Assembly: GCF_009914755.1 (NCBI RefSeq)
Contig: NC_060927.1
Strand: one strand, 5' to 3'
DNA from: the human T2T-CHM13v2.0 reference genome, Homo sapiens
DNA length: 64,000 nucleotides
How positions within the stretch are numbered: the stretch's first letter is position 1; every line of letters starts with the position of its first letter. The notes beneath the pieces were generated by a model that did no database searches, was not told the origin of the DNA, and saw only the letters and a program-made list of their open reading frames with translations. Shown one piece after another: positions 29,355 through 46,520 of the stretch. A program made the translations under genes and the position numbers.

Positions 29355-30457
29355 AAGAAAATTATAAAAGTCTTAGAAGAAAACATAGGTATAAATCTTT
29401 GTGACTTTGAATTAGGAAATGGTTTCTCAGATATGATACCCATATGAGCATGTGTGGACTTCATCAAACTTAAAAACTTTTGTGTTGCAAAGGACACCAT
29501 CAAGAAAGTTGAAAAGACAACTCAGAGAATGGGACAAAATATTTGTAAACCAAGTATCTGTTAAGGGTTTGGTACTCAGAATACATAAAGAATTCTTATA
29601 TTGCAACAATAAAAAGACAAATAACCCAAAATTAAAATGGGAAAAGGATTTGAATAGACATTTCTCCAAGGAAGATACACAAATGGCCATGAAAAGATGT
29701 TTAACATCATTGGTCATTAGGGAAATGCAAATCAAAACTAAAATGAGAAGCTACTCCACACTCACAGTGATAGCCGTAATTAAAAAAAAAAAAAGAGGAA
29801 AATAACAAGTTGGTAAGAAGGCGGAGAAATTGGAACACTCCAATATTGCTCATGGAAATGTAAAATATAAAATGGTGCAAACTCTCTGGAAAACAGGCTG
29901 GCCATTTTCCAAAAAGTTAAACCTAGAGTTACTATGTGACCAAGCAGTCCTACTCATATTCATATACCCAAGAAAACTGAAAATACATATTTACAAAAAA
30001 AGTACAAAAATATTGAGAGCAGCATTGTTCATAATAGGCAAAAAGTGGAAACAACCCAAATGTCAATCAACTGATGAATGGATAAACAAGATATGTTATA
30101 TGAATAAAATGGAATATTATTCAGCCATAAAAAGGAATAAACTATTGATACATGCTATGACATGGATGAACCTTGAAAACATTATGCTCAGTGAGGAACC
30201 ACAAAAGGCCACATATTTTATGATTCTATTTTTATGAAACTTCCAAAATAGGACAATCCATAAAAACAGAAGGTAGATTAGTACTTAGAAGAAGGCAGGG
30301 GGAGAAGAGACTGGGGAGTGATTGCTAATGGGTATGGGTTTCTTTTAGAGTGATGAACATGTTCTAGAATTAGATAGTGGTGATGGTTGTCACAATCTGG
30401 TGAATATACTAAAACCCACAGAATTGTGCACTTTAAAATGGTGACTCGTAGGGTATA
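29355..30457 (+). mobile_element. L1MB (MB7/MB8-like) 3' fragment
   Basis: ORF2 C-terminal peptides ([27 protein letters not shown]) and L1MB 3'UTR (gttctagaattagatagtggtgatggttg). Confidence 0.8.
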
Positions 30458-30506
30458 CTGGCTTAGAACATTTTATCAAAACTGAAATCTAACTTCTAAG
30501 ATCCCT

Positions 30507-30563
30507 GCTTTATGTTTCATTAAATTAAACCACGTTTAGGTTTAGTTTAATAAAACACAAAGC
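30507..30563. repeat. Imperfect 25-bp inverted repeat with 7-nt loop
   Basis: gctttatgtttcattaaattaaacc / ggtttagtttaataaaacacaaagc; 22/25 complementary. Confidence 0.85.
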
Positions 30564-30934
30564 CATCTAGGTTTGCTCTCAATGGTAAAGCATGAACCAT
30601 GGAAGCACTACCCATGGAAGTCATGCTGTTTTTCTCTTGTAAACTGTTTTTCCCAGTGCTACACATATAACTTCAATCATTCCACTTGCAATAATCACCT
30701 TTGGAACCATGTTACCAAACTGGGTTAACTTCAAGTTGCATTTTGGAAAATTATTGGAAAAATCAAAGGTTATAGCTTCTGCCACACATTTCCTGAAAAA
30801 TCTACATTACCTCTATATACTTAGTCTTATCACTGAAAATGATAAAATGGCTGGTGAGAAAGTGAAGATGGGATGTTAGAGAGAGGACTGCTCACTGTGA
30901 GAGAAAGGAAAGCAAATGCTTTTCCCAGAAGCAT

Positions 30935-31229
30935 TTTCTTTTTTTTTTTTTTCTGGAGACAGGGTCTTGCTCTGTCACTGAGGCTGGAGTACAGTGGTAC
31001 AATTATGGCTCACTGTAGCCTGGACCTCCCAGACTCAAGCAATCCTCCCACCTTACCCTCCAAAGTAGCTGGGACAACAAGCATGTGCCACCCTGCCTCA
31101 TTTATTTCTTTTTATTTTTGTAGAGACAGGGTTTCACTATGTTGCCCAAGCTGGTCTTGAACTCCTGGGCTCAAGCAATCCTCTCACCTCAGTCTCCCAA
31201 AGTACTAGGATTACAGGCATGAGACACCA
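30935..31229 (-). mobile_element. AluJ
   Basis: J-type sequence; TSD CCCAGAAG(CA/TG)TTTTCT at 30924-30939 and 31230-31245 (CpG decayed in opposite directions). Confidence 0.9.
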
Positions 31230-31268
31230 CCCAGAAGTGTTTTCTATCTATTAAAGATGAGTGATTAG

Positions 31269-31562
<294 letters not shown>

Positions 31563-31619
31563 TGATTAGATAATTTTTGAGATATTCAACTGTGATTCAT
31601 TTCCTCTTCAGTCTCTCCC

Positions 31620-31620
<1 letters not shown>

Positions 31621-31670
<50 letters not shown>
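31621..31670. repeat. (AC)25 microsatellite
   Basis: Perfect dinucleotide run. Confidence 0.98.
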
Positions 31671-31674
<4 letters not shown>

Positions 31675-34600
31675 CAAACTACACACCCAGGGCTTTTATA
31701 GTCCTTTGATTTAGGGGGAGGATATTTGGGGGAAGACATCAACTCCTGCTCCCCTTTTCCCTCATCTCTTTCATTTTTCATAGTGGCTGTCTTAAACCAT
31801 GTGAAATTGTTCTAAGAGGCTTCTCAGCCCAGTGATTTACTATGAAGATACTAACTGTCCAAGCCCACGTGGTTCCTTGGAATCTAGTGCCTCTACTGTT
31901 TGAAAGACAAGCCCAGGTGGGTAAAGTTTTCAGAGATATGCCCAGGTGGGTAAAGGATGGCCGACCTGGAACCCAGTGTCCAGCTTCCCTAGCTCCACCG
32001 CAAGTACTTCCTACACTAACCAACCCCTCCCCTAAGTCTCTTCAGAAGAGTCTGCCTCCTGTGGAGTGTTGGGCCCTAGGCGTCTGCTCCTTCCAACATT
32101 CCAGCCCTCTGCCTCCTAATGTGAAGACCCCTTCTCCCGCCTCTTTTGGCCTCATTCCCCTCCTTCCTTGTCTCTTTCCTCTCTTCCATTTTCCTTCCTT
32201 CAAATCTACAGTTGCAAACTTTTCCTGGGAGGTATTACAAAGGAATACATTAGGAACATCACACAGATTCATTTCTTCAAAAATTATTTTGCCATACATA
32301 TATGTGAAAACAACACAGTCCCCTGAACTTGAGCGTATCAAATAAACTTCCAGTGTTCCCATCTCCATAGCCTCTTCCTTCCCACTTAAGAATAAAAATA
32401 TTCAATGTTACAGATAATATGTCAAGTAAAAATGGAACAACAGAAATTCATTCCCAAAACTAGACTAGAGTACACACAATTTCTTGAGCAGAGAAAAAAA
32501 AATAATTCTTAACCTGGACACAAGCAAGGAAGAAAAAATTTCATAAATCAATAAGACTTGAAATTACATTAATCATTTATATGTAAACTAGAAAAGAGGT
32601 TCTTTTTATGTAGCTGAGGTAAAAATCAGAGTGATCACACTTATTCTATTAAAAGTACCCTTAAATTTTTTCTATTATTTGGAAAGTTTTCTGTATTGTT
32701 CAGATTGTAATTTTAAATTTATGGTAGGTAAAAGAAAAGAAAAAAATCTCCTGACCTGTAATGATTTTTTTTTCTATTTAGAAATGTAGGAAGTATTCCT
32801 TCCTACATACTGTTTTTTTACTAGTGCATGTTTTTCTAAAAATAAATTCAAATAAAGCCTTAAATCATACTTCCCTACTGGAAACATACAATATTTATAT
32901 TCTGGGCTTAAACTCCCACTTAAAAGCTTATTTTACTACTTCTCAGGTAAATCAACAGTGTCTGTCGAATCTTAGTGAGCAACCTTAGCCTTCTAAGGAG
33001 AGGCAGCAGTGACTTGGTAAGCAGTCTTCTTACCATACTTGAGGGTGATGTAGATAAACACTTCTCAGAGTTTACCCTTCCCAGGCTTCATTCAAAAAGG
33101 AAAACAAAACACATACCTCTCCCTAGAGAAGATACAGTTACTACACCCAAAACACAAAGTCAAGTCATCACAACCTAAATTTAGGAAAAATGCCATTCAG
33201 GGAGCCATGCCAAAGATGTTTTAGATGAATGGACAAACTAATATCAAATGAGTATCAAATGCTTCCATGCACTACAAAAATGAAGAGATATTTCACTAAA
33301 ACAGGTCGTTAATCCAAGTGATATCAGCAGTTTCTTTCTTGGAAGTATGATTTCTAACTGCTAAAACTTCCCAAGTGATTGCATTAAAATATATCTTGGT
33401 TCATTCCACAATTGGCTACCCAGCATTACTTATTCTATTATACTTTCTCAAGAGTGGGGGGGAAAAAGAATTAGAGTACGTGTATGTTACTGAAATGACC
33501 TCAAACCCAAATAGCATAGTTCTCTCTCATTTAACCAATGCATATTTCATTTTTACTACCTCACAAGATCTCAAGTTATTCTAAATTATTCATGATCACT
33601 CCTTCTCGGTAACATCCATATGTTCTCATTCACCCAAAACAGAAAGCCATATCCGTTCTTGATTAGTAGCATTTGCAACCTATTGCCTTTTTTTTAAGTG
33701 AAAGAAGGTTGAATATCTCAAAAAATAATCATGATAATATGGGTAAAAGTTAAGGTCTTGGGTCACATACTAACATTAATTTTAGCCAAAAGTTTTATCT
33801 TGAACTAATGATAGATGTTACTGACAGAAATCCATGATTAGATATTTTAATATTAATTACATTACTGAAACATATGCAATTTGCAGAATCTTGAAACATG
33901 CCTGGCACAAGGCAAGCATTCCATATGTATTTGTTAAATGAACAAATGAATGCTAACTCACTGATGAAAGTTGCATTTTAAATGTAAAAAGGAGATATAT
34001 TTATTTCAAATGTTCTGTACTTTTATTGAAATAAATTTCTAATAAACCCCTGCCAATTTGCAAATTAAACACTGAAAATATCAACCTCCTTACAAGGTCA
34101 AGTTGACGCTATTTAATATTTATTAACTCCTTATTTAAGAAAGCATGAATGACTACATATTTGAAATCCACATTTTTGCTCAGTAAGTTATTAGCAGAGG
34201 TAAGACAATTAAATAACCCCTCAACCAGACTCTGGTTATAAGATGTTTTTTTAAGCTGAAACTATACCAATACTACTGGAAAAAAATACATTAATAAAAT
34301 AAAATCTGGCAACTTATTGCTAAATGGCACAGTCCAATGTTTCTCCACTGTTGGAAACTGATGTAAAAAATTTAAAGTAACAAACAATTTAAGGAGATTC
34401 TTGTGCAATGCATCACTTTTCTTAATAAGTTAAGGTGAAATAAGATTCTGTGAACTACTTCTAGGTCAGCTAGAGTTAAATGAGAGGACTTTTCTTACAT
34501 ACAATGAAATATAGACATCTGTTCTCTACAAGTCCATTTTGCAAGTTCATTTACAAGAATATTATTAACCCTCAGACTATCCCATCATAAAGTTAGGTAT

Positions 34601-36795
34601 CATTCAGAACTTATAGTGGGCTAAAGAGGCAAGGTACAGAAAGGCTAAGTGATATAAAGGGTCTCATAACTTTCTGCATTTCCATGTCTCCTGGAAAGGG
34701 TAAAAATTCACAAAATTTTAATCTCTAGTTGCAAAAGTCTTAAAAGCTTTACTAGCCTTGATTTTCAAACCCTGTGAATTCGTCCCTTCCTCAAAAGGAC
34801 TCTAGTGATGTAATACATCACTTTCATTAGTGAATTAATATGAACTCACGTTCCCTGAAATACTGCAAGGCAGGATAAAATTAAATGACACATTCATTGG
34901 TCTATGTATAAATACCAATACATGATATGTACACTCAAACATATCAATAACTGCATTAAATGTGAAGAGAATATCTGCTGCAATTAAAAGGCAAAGACTA
35001 TCAGGGTGAAAACAAAGAAGCAACTATATGCTCTTTACAGAAATATACTTTAAATATGGGTGACAGATGTCTTGAAAAAAAAGAGGTTGAAAAAATTTCC
35101 ATGTAAACAATCAGCATAAGAAAGCTAGTATTTCGTGCCAATATCAGACAAAGTAGACTTCAAGGCAAACAATACAAAAACTAAAAGTCCTTTCCATAAT
35201 GATAAAAAAAATCATGTCATTATGGAGGAGATAACGATTTTGAATGTGTAGGCACCTAACAACAATGCTTCAAAATACAGCATGCACAAATTGACAGATC
35301 TAAAGAGAAAAATTGAAAATCCACAATAATAGTTGAAGACTTTAAAAGCACTCTTTCAGTTATGAATACAACAAGCAGATCCCACCCCCCTCAAAAAAAA
35401 AAAAAGACAGTAGAGACAGAAAAGGCTTGAAAAACAGAATCAACCAGTGTTCCTAACAGGCATTTACGGAATACCAACCCAACACCACTAGAGCATATGG
35501 TCTTTTCAAATGCATGTAGAACATTCACCAAGACAGATCATGTTTTGCTCTATAAAACAAGTTTCAAAAACATCACCCAATTGAAATAATAAATAGTATG
35601 TTATGTGACAACAAATGCATTAAATTAGAAATAACAAAGGGTAAACTGATCCACAGATATTAGAGAACTAAACAACATACTTCTAAATAACCCAAGGGTT
35701 AAATTGGAAATTAAAGATAAAATAGAAAATATTTTAAAATCAATAAAAATGAAAACACAACATATAAAAATTGTATTTGCAGTGGAAGCGTTGTTAAAAA
35801 GAAGTTTATAGTTTAAACTCTTAATAGAAAAGAAGAGAGGTTTCTAAATCAACAATCGGAGCTCTCGCTTTAGGAACAAAAGAAGAGGAACAAATGAAAC
35901 TTAAAATATATGTAACAAACAAAACATTTTAAAAGGACAAATAATAGAGAAAATCAACAATGTAAAATACTGTTTCTTTGAATATATATATAAGTAGAAT
36001 TGATAAGTCATTACCAATACTGCTGAAAGGGAAAGGAACAGAGAGGGAGAATGCAAAATCCAAGTGCAGGATGAAAAGGGCAACATCACAACAGATGCTA
36101 CAAACATTAGACGACAATAAGAGCAGACAATAATTATACATTATCGGTATAAACCAATAAATTCACGACATTTGATATAAAGAACAAATTACTTCAAAGA
36201 CACAATTATCACAGTTGATGCTAGGTAAAGTAGAACATCAAAATAAATTTTATCTATTAAAGAAATTAAACTTGGAATCCAAACCCTTCCCATAAAGAGT
36301 GCTTCAGGCCAGAGACCTTAGTCGTGAATTCCAACATTAAGAAAATATCAATCTTACAAAATCTCGTTCAAAACATAGAGGAAGAAGGAACACTTCTTAA
36401 CTCATTCTATGAGACTGGCATTATCATGATACCAAAAAGCTAACAAATATTACACGGAGAGAAAATTACACAACAATATTTTTTCAAGAAAAAATTTTTA
36501 AGTCCCTTGAAGTCCTAAAAAATACAAAATTCCTTAAAAATATTACCAAATCAAACACATTCGTATATTTTAAAAACGCAGTTGTCCCAGAATACAAAAT
36601 TGGTTTAATACTCAAAATACCAATCAGTGTAAAATGCCACATTAACAAAACGTAACTATCTCAATAGATTAAGAAAGTGATTAAGACAAAAGTAATCACC
36701 TTTATGATAAAAATTACCAGCCAAGTAGAAATAGAAATGAACTGCTTCAATATGATAAAGAGTATTAACAAAAAACCTACAACTAACATCATACT

Positions 36796-37048
36796 AGTGG
36801 TGCCAACATGGCTTACTGCAGCCTGGACGTCAACCTCCTGGGCTCAAGTGACCCTCCCACCTCAGCCTCCCATGTAGCTGGGACTACTGACGTGCACCAT
36901 CACAATCAACTAATTTTTAAATTTTTTGCAGATGGGGTCTTGCCATGTTGCTCACATTGGTCTCAAGAATTCCCAGTCTCAAGGAATCTGCCCACCTCAA
37001 CCTCCCAAAGTGCTGCTGGGATTACAGGCGTGAGCCACCATGCTCAGC
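36796..37048 (-). mobile_element. AluJ lacking its 3' end and poly(A) tail
   Basis: Alu similarity begins at agtggtgcc with no T tract; 5' end intact at 37048. Confidence 0.85.
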
Positions 37049-38152
37049 ATGACTTCATTCTTAATGGGGAAAATCAAGCACTTGTGCTCTACCATCAGGA
37101 AGAAGGTAAGGATAACCTTTCTCAATATTTCTACTCACCATTATACTAAAGGTCCTACAAGGAGTAGTAAGTCAAACTAAGAAAATAAAAGGCATTCAGA
37201 TGGAAAAGAAATGTAAAACTGTCACACATAATGGGACTGTGTATTTAAAAAAAACATAAAATCTATAAAAGAAAAAAACTACTTGAATGATACTGTGAAT
37301 TAACAATGCTGCAGAATACAATACAATGCCAGTACATTAAAATCATTAGTACTTCTAAATATAATAATGAAAAAATAGAAAATAAATGCTTAAAAACCAT
37401 ACTTGCATTAGCATATAAAAACATCACATAACCAGGAATTAACAGATATGTGCAATACTCCTACACTAAAACCCACAAATATTGCTAAGATAAATTAAAG
37501 ATAATCTAAATAAATGAAGAGAGATGCTATGTTCATTGAGTGAAAGGTTCATCATTGTTAAGATGTCCATTCTCCCTAAATTGCCTTATAGTTTCAATTC
37601 AATTCATTTCGAACTCCCAATAGGTCCTTTGAAGAAAGAGATAAGATGATTCTAAAATGTATGTGGAACTGCCAAGGATCTTGAAGAGCCAAAAGAAATT
37701 TGAAAGAAGAACAAATTTGAAAGACTTACACTAACTGATTTCTACCTACGACAATTTAGACAGTGTAGAATTTGCATAAAGATAGACAAATAGAGCAAGA
37801 AAAAAGAATAAAGAGTTCAGAAAGAGACCCCACTATTAGGTCTTTTCTTTTTAACCAAGACACCAAGGCAGTGCACGGGGGAAGTCTTGTTAATAAATGT
37901 TGCTAGAAAAAAAATGAATACTTACATTTTTAAAATTATCCTCAATCTTTATGTTACTTTACACATAAACATTTATTTGACATAGATCATAGGTCTAAAC
38001 ATAAAACAACAAATCACAAAATATTCTCCAGAAGAATATAATGAGAATATTTTCATGATCACAGAGGGACAAAATGTTAATCTCAAAACTTAAAAAAGGA
38101 CAAACTAGATTTCTCCCAAATTAAACATTTCTTCTCATAAAAATATCATTTA

Positions 38153-38456
<304 letters not shown>

Positions 38457-38809
38457 TTAATAGACAAGCCACACTCTAGGAAAAATATTAGCAGTACACT
38501 TTTATGAAGAATATAGGTAAATAAATAATGAAAAGATTAAAAGCCCCATAAAAATAGGCAATACTTCAACAAACACTTCCCAAAAGAAGATCTATACATG
38601 ATAAATTAGCATATGAAAAGAGGCTTACAGCATCAGCCATGCAAATTAAAACCACAGTAGGATATACTTTCTTCTTTAATAGGATGGCTAAAATAAAAGA
38701 GACTGGCAAATGTTAGCAAAGAAAGTAGTAACAGGAATCCCCAACCTTGCTGGTAGGAATGTAAAATGGTGCAACCACTGTGGATACCCATCAAGTGCAT
38801 GTGTATGCA

Positions 38810-38811
<2 letters not shown>

Positions 38812-38853
<42 letters not shown>
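38812..38853. repeat. (TG)21 microsatellite
   Basis: Perfect dinucleotide run. Confidence 0.97.
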
Positions 38854-38854
<1 letters not shown>

Positions 38855-38959
38855 CCCTACGACACAGAATTTCTACTCTTAAGCATTTACACAAGAGAAA
38901 AGAAAACATATCCACCAAATGACCTGAACACAAATGCTTATATAATCCATATTTACAGT

Positions 38960-39270
38960 TGTCTCATTCGAACCTGTGGGATTTTAATTTACAGAAGTGA
39001 CTCAATGACAATATGGAGAGGCTGACACCATGCCACACAGGGCTACATGGAGACACACCAGAGTTGGTCAGTATCCAGAAGCAGAAGGCAGGGCTAGAAA
39101 AATAGTTTAGAATGGGCTATTTCGAGTAATTCTAACAGGCTCTGGGGCATAGCGGCTGTCAGTAGTTGTTTGGTACCTGGACTAGAGTGATTCAGGGCAG
39201 GGGAAATCCTGGTTTGGTGTGTGAGAGTTAGGTGAAGGATGTGGTTCAGAGTGTGACCTCTGGATCGCAG
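38960..39270 (-). mobile_element. ERVL LTR fragment (MER74/MER54-like)
   Basis: ggctctggggcatagcggctgtc...gtttggtacctgg...agggcaggggaaat...gtgtgagagttag. Confidence 0.55.
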
Positions 39271-40358
39271 GTTAGATGCCAAATAAAGAAACACACAAGC
39301 TAAGTAAACATAAGTCAAACAATAATAACTCGAGTCTGAAATGAAACAAATGTCCATGAGCAAATGAAGGAATAAACGATTTATGATCTATCCCTAAAAT
39401 GGAAAAGTTCTTAGTAATTATGAAAAAAAAAACCAGTGATACATGCAACAACACCTAGATAAACCTGAAAAATAGGATGCTCAGCAAAACAGCGAGGCTC
39501 TAAAGAATACATACATTATGTTTCCATTTACATGAAGTGTGAGAACAGGCAAAACTCTACTGTAGCAGGATTTAGAAGTGGCTGACTCGGAGGACGTGGG
39601 GAACTGGGGAGATAGAATTGACTGGAAATGACCATGAGAGGAATTTCTGGATGAATGCAAGTCTTGTATACCTTTCTATGGGTACCTGTGACTAGCTGGG
39701 TATAATCAACTGACAAAATGCATCAAAGTGAAAACAAGATTTGTGCATTAGGTTGTGTATTAATCATACTTTAATTTTCAAAAATGAAAATAATCTATTA
39801 GAGAAGATTATACATTTTAAAGACAGAATTGCTGTGGCTATTTTTCCTGCTTGTTTTCCATTTTTCCCCCTCATTTAGGGTGCACTAAGAGACAACAATT
39901 AATTGCAGTTGTTCCAAGCATAGGCTTTATATATAGACAGACCTAACTTCTGGCCCTAGCTCTTGTCCCTGGTTCTTATCTTGAAATCTGCATGACTTTT
40001 GAACCAAGGAACTAATTCTCTCTGAGTCTCAGCTTTTTCATTTGGACAAATGGAGGGAACAATACTTATTTCTTTCCCACATAAACACTCTAGCAATATC
40101 ACAATATATTGATAATAGTAATCACAGCAAAGCTAATATTAACGAAAATATTGTTAAAAACTACATCAAATATATCTCTGGGCTAGACAATTACATGTGA
40201 TTTTTTTATTTGTATTTTCTACAACACAATGAATTTTGCATTTCATTTTTTACAATAAAATATGACACCTTACATAGCTTCATCTTTGATACCTTACATA
40301 GTTGTTATAATCCAGATGAGATAATATATAGGAAAACAGCATGTCCATTATAATCTTG

Positions 40359-40722
40359 TGATATACTTTTGATATTTGTCCCTTCTAAATCTCATATTAA
40401 GATTTTATCCCCAATGTAGGAGGTGGGACCTAGTGTGGAGTGTTTAGATTATGGGGATAGGTGCTTTACGAATGGTTTGGTGCCATTCTGAGGGTAACGA
40501 GTGAGTTCTTGCTTCCTTCTACTCTCACCATGTGACGTCTGCTCCCCTTTCCCTTGTGTCATGAATGGAAGCTTCCTGAGGTCCTCACCACAAGCAGATG
40601 CCAGCACCATGCTTCTTGTACAGTCTGCAGATCCGTGAGCCAAATAAACCTCTTTTCTTTATGTATTACCCAGACTTGGGTATTATATTTCCTTCAAAGC
40701 AATGCAAAAACAGACTAAGACA
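40359..40722 (+). mobile_element. MSTB-like MaLR solo LTR
   Basis: TG...CA termini; TSD TCTTG at 40354-40358 and 40723-40727. Confidence 0.88.
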
Positions 40723-42559
40723 TCTTGTTTCACATAAGGTCTGCAATGTACTTTGACGTGTTATATATGTATTATTGCATATGATCCTTACAGCATGCCT
40801 ATTAAATAGATACTATTATTACTTCCATTTGAGAGTTGAGAAAACTGGGGCTTATAGAAATGTCATGCTCCAAGATGCAAGGTGGAGAAGCAGTACAGCC
40901 AGGATTTCGATCTTATCATTAACAACCCTGGCTCTTTCCATCTTCCATCATAATATCCTCAGTAAATTGGCCAATCCCCTCATGATTGCAAGATGGTTAT
41001 AGATCAGGCATCACATATTTACACAGGATCCAAAGTCCAGAAAGAAGAAAGAAGTCTTTCCCTTTTTGTTCCTTTATAATCTAACCAGTCAGGTAACAAA
41101 TACAGAGTGTTTCCACCATTTTATAATTCTTTTTGAAAGAAGGTAAGTAGAAAGTGGCATATCTACGTTTAATAAAATACTGTAGCTGACATTTTTACAT
41201 ACATGGAGAGTGATTAGATTTAAGGATTCTGATGGGTTAGTATCCATAAATCACAAAGTGTGGACATGTGCAAATGAAACCAAGCTAGAGTTACTGGGAG
41301 AATCACAAATTAAGTTGTAAATTCTGTATTGCATTTACATACGATCGAAACAAAATTGAAGTATGTAATTCATATTATTTTAAATATTAAAGGATAACTA
41401 TATATAAGCCCAAACTCCATGGATTTTCTGTAAAAGAGCTGAAGGAATCTTGGCAAACTACAGAATTAACCATTTATTGACATTTGTGGGCTTAAATTGC
41501 ATCAGATTTCTTATTTTGAATTCAAGTTTTAGAGAAGTAAAGTATTACAAGTAAGTGACCATCCTATATAGTATAATGAACTGAATCATATTTCATATTT
41601 GTTTGACCCAAAATATCTTATAAAGTAATATCGATCTTTTGTAGGACCAAATACCAAAAAGTTACACGATGACTTGATCACTAAATAGTAAGTATATATA
41701 CACTTTTAGGCACACTGTAAAATTAAATTCAAGACACTTAACTTGACAAAACATTTATATTCATGATCAAAAATACCAAATGACTGTCTTAAAAACACTC
41801 TAATGATTTTTCTATTTCAAATAATAAAGCTAAAAATGTATTTAATGTTGGATAAATATAGACAAAAAATGGATCTATTCATGTCCATTTAAGACAGTTT
41901 TCTTACTGTCAAAATGAGCTACAGAAGAACAAATGAGAATTGCATTCTTTTATTTCAACTTTCCACAGAGGCACAGTACGAAATTCTTTTCTTGTAACTT
42001 CCTTGTTAAAATTACCATGTATCAAGTAGAATACCAACCCACTGGGATAATGGTAAAATTACTGTCTTGGAATTCAGACTTCATTCCTCAAAGATTTTGG
42101 AAGTTGTGACAAGCTGCTAGGTGTCTTCAAACTCCAAAGAAAAGCAACATATCCTTATCTTGGCTGGCACAGGACAAGACAGCAAACAAAGTAGGGCAAG
42201 TAGCCCCAGGCAATTATTTTTCTACAGAGATTCCAAATCTGAGAAAACCTCTTATGAAAATATTTGTTCCTCTATAGTGATAGGGGAGGTTTCTAACTAA
42301 ACATGTAATGAATATTTCATCAAAAAAATATAAAGTCATTAATAAAATGAGAGACTGAAGGGAAAATGCTAAAATATACATTGTACCCTATAAACTTCTA
42401 TACCTGGACTGACTAACAGAAACACTTCCCCTCATTTGTAGAATTAATACGCCTTCTCTGTCTTTTAACCTGCAATACTGATGAAGAATATAATACGCAA
42501 TTTAAGGCAAAATTTATTAAGAAACTCTATCAAGTGATTGCTTTATAATTTATAGAGCA

Positions 42560-42790
42560 CAAATTTGGACTGGCTGGGTTCAAATCCCTGCTACAGAACT
42601 GTCTAGCTTTGAGACATTGGTTTTTAGTTACTTCCCTCTGTGAGCCTCAATTTTCCCATCTAATCAAAGGGGTTAATAGTAATATCTACCTCATGAGTTG
42701 GTTACAGCATTCAGTGAATTCATATTCATAAGGCACTTAGAAAGTACCCAATACATACTGTAATAACTACTATTAGTTAGTACACGTTAT
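42560..42790 (+). mobile_element. MIR
   Basis: gctgggttcaaatccc ... ctctgtgagcctcaattttcccatc ... taatagtaatatctacctcat. Confidence 0.7.
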
Positions 42791-43229
42791 CTACTAATAA
42801 CATAATAAATGAATGAATGATTAAAGCCATAACTCAAGCAGGACCCTATCTTGAACACTACCCAGAACATACCAAAAAAACAGACAAAAAGATATTAAAT
42901 GTCTTTTCTCAAGTAATTCTTAATCTAATTAGGGAACACTGAGGTATCTGTAGTGTTTGCCTGCCTAGCATCTATCCTGCCTTGACTTGACTATGGTGAA
43001 CTGCCTCTCCCAGCTACTCTTATTTTACATAATTCAGGTGGGACTTGCCCATTTCTCCTTGTCTCTCAAAGATGCAAGGAGAGAAGTACAGTCCAAACCC
43101 AGTCAAAAAGAATTAATTTTATTACTTGGTATGTATAGGAAAGTGACCTCTATTTCCATGGAGGGGAAAAAAAGCAATAAAAGCATAAGAGTAATGTAAT
43201 GTGGGTGGGAGGTGGGGGCAGAAGGAGGC

Positions 43230-43647
43230 AGGCAGTTAAGGATAGATACAAAGGAAGCCCAATTGAGTTCAACATCAGGGCTTATTTGTTTACAAATGTC
43301 ATTGTTTTCCTCCTCATTCAGACACTAGATAGAACTATACACCACTTTGAATATAGTCATGTCCATAAGACTGTTTTTGGGCAATGAGATGTGAGGAGAA
43401 GTGATTTGTGTCTCTTCTTGGCAGAAACTTGAAAACAACTGCACAACTTATCATGTTCCCTTTTTACGTCATTACAAGACTGGAAGCACACATCAAAATT
43501 GTGATTCCATCAACTTGGGTCTCTGTGTAACTACAATGGGCAGATTCCATCTGCCACTTATGGTGGATATGCAGTATGGGAAGAAATAAGCTCTAGATGC
43601 ATTAAGCTATAGGTGATTTTGAGGACTTAACCTGTTGTACTGATACA
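43230..43647 (+). mobile_element. MLT1I/J-like MaLR LTR
   Basis: ggcaatgagatgtgaggagaagtgatttgtgtc, gaaataagctct...ttaagcta, ends ctgataca. Confidence 0.6.
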
Positions 43648-43715
43648 TGAGCAAAGACAGAAAAAGAGATATACAGGCACAGTTATCCGAAAACCATCGT
43701 AAAACTCCAGGACTT

Positions 43716-46187
<2,472 letters not shown>

Positions 46188-46520
46188 AAAACTCCAGGAC
46201 CTCACTCCACTCAGTTACATCTATCCTGAACTTTTCAATAAAGAAAGTCAATACATTTGGAAGGGAGTGGAGGATAGAGGCTTGAGCCAATTTGACTTGG
46301 GTATCTGACATTTGCAACCAGAAGTATACTTTCCAATTCAGGACAGAACTATATTCATGTGGGAAAAGTAAAGTAAACATATACAACTATAACACAGATG
46401 CCCAACTATCACAAGACACTTTTAAGCAGACAATGGACCAAATGGTAAACTTTAAGCACAGATTAGCATTTGAGAAGAAGAACGGGTGGTGAATGAATGT
46501 ACAACACAGAGACAGGGACG

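Noticed and set aside
31842-32345. 167-aa ORF in unique sequence
   Set aside because: No recognisable domain, low-complexity Pro/Ser/Leu content, an overlapping antisense ORF of similar quality and no supporting gene structure.
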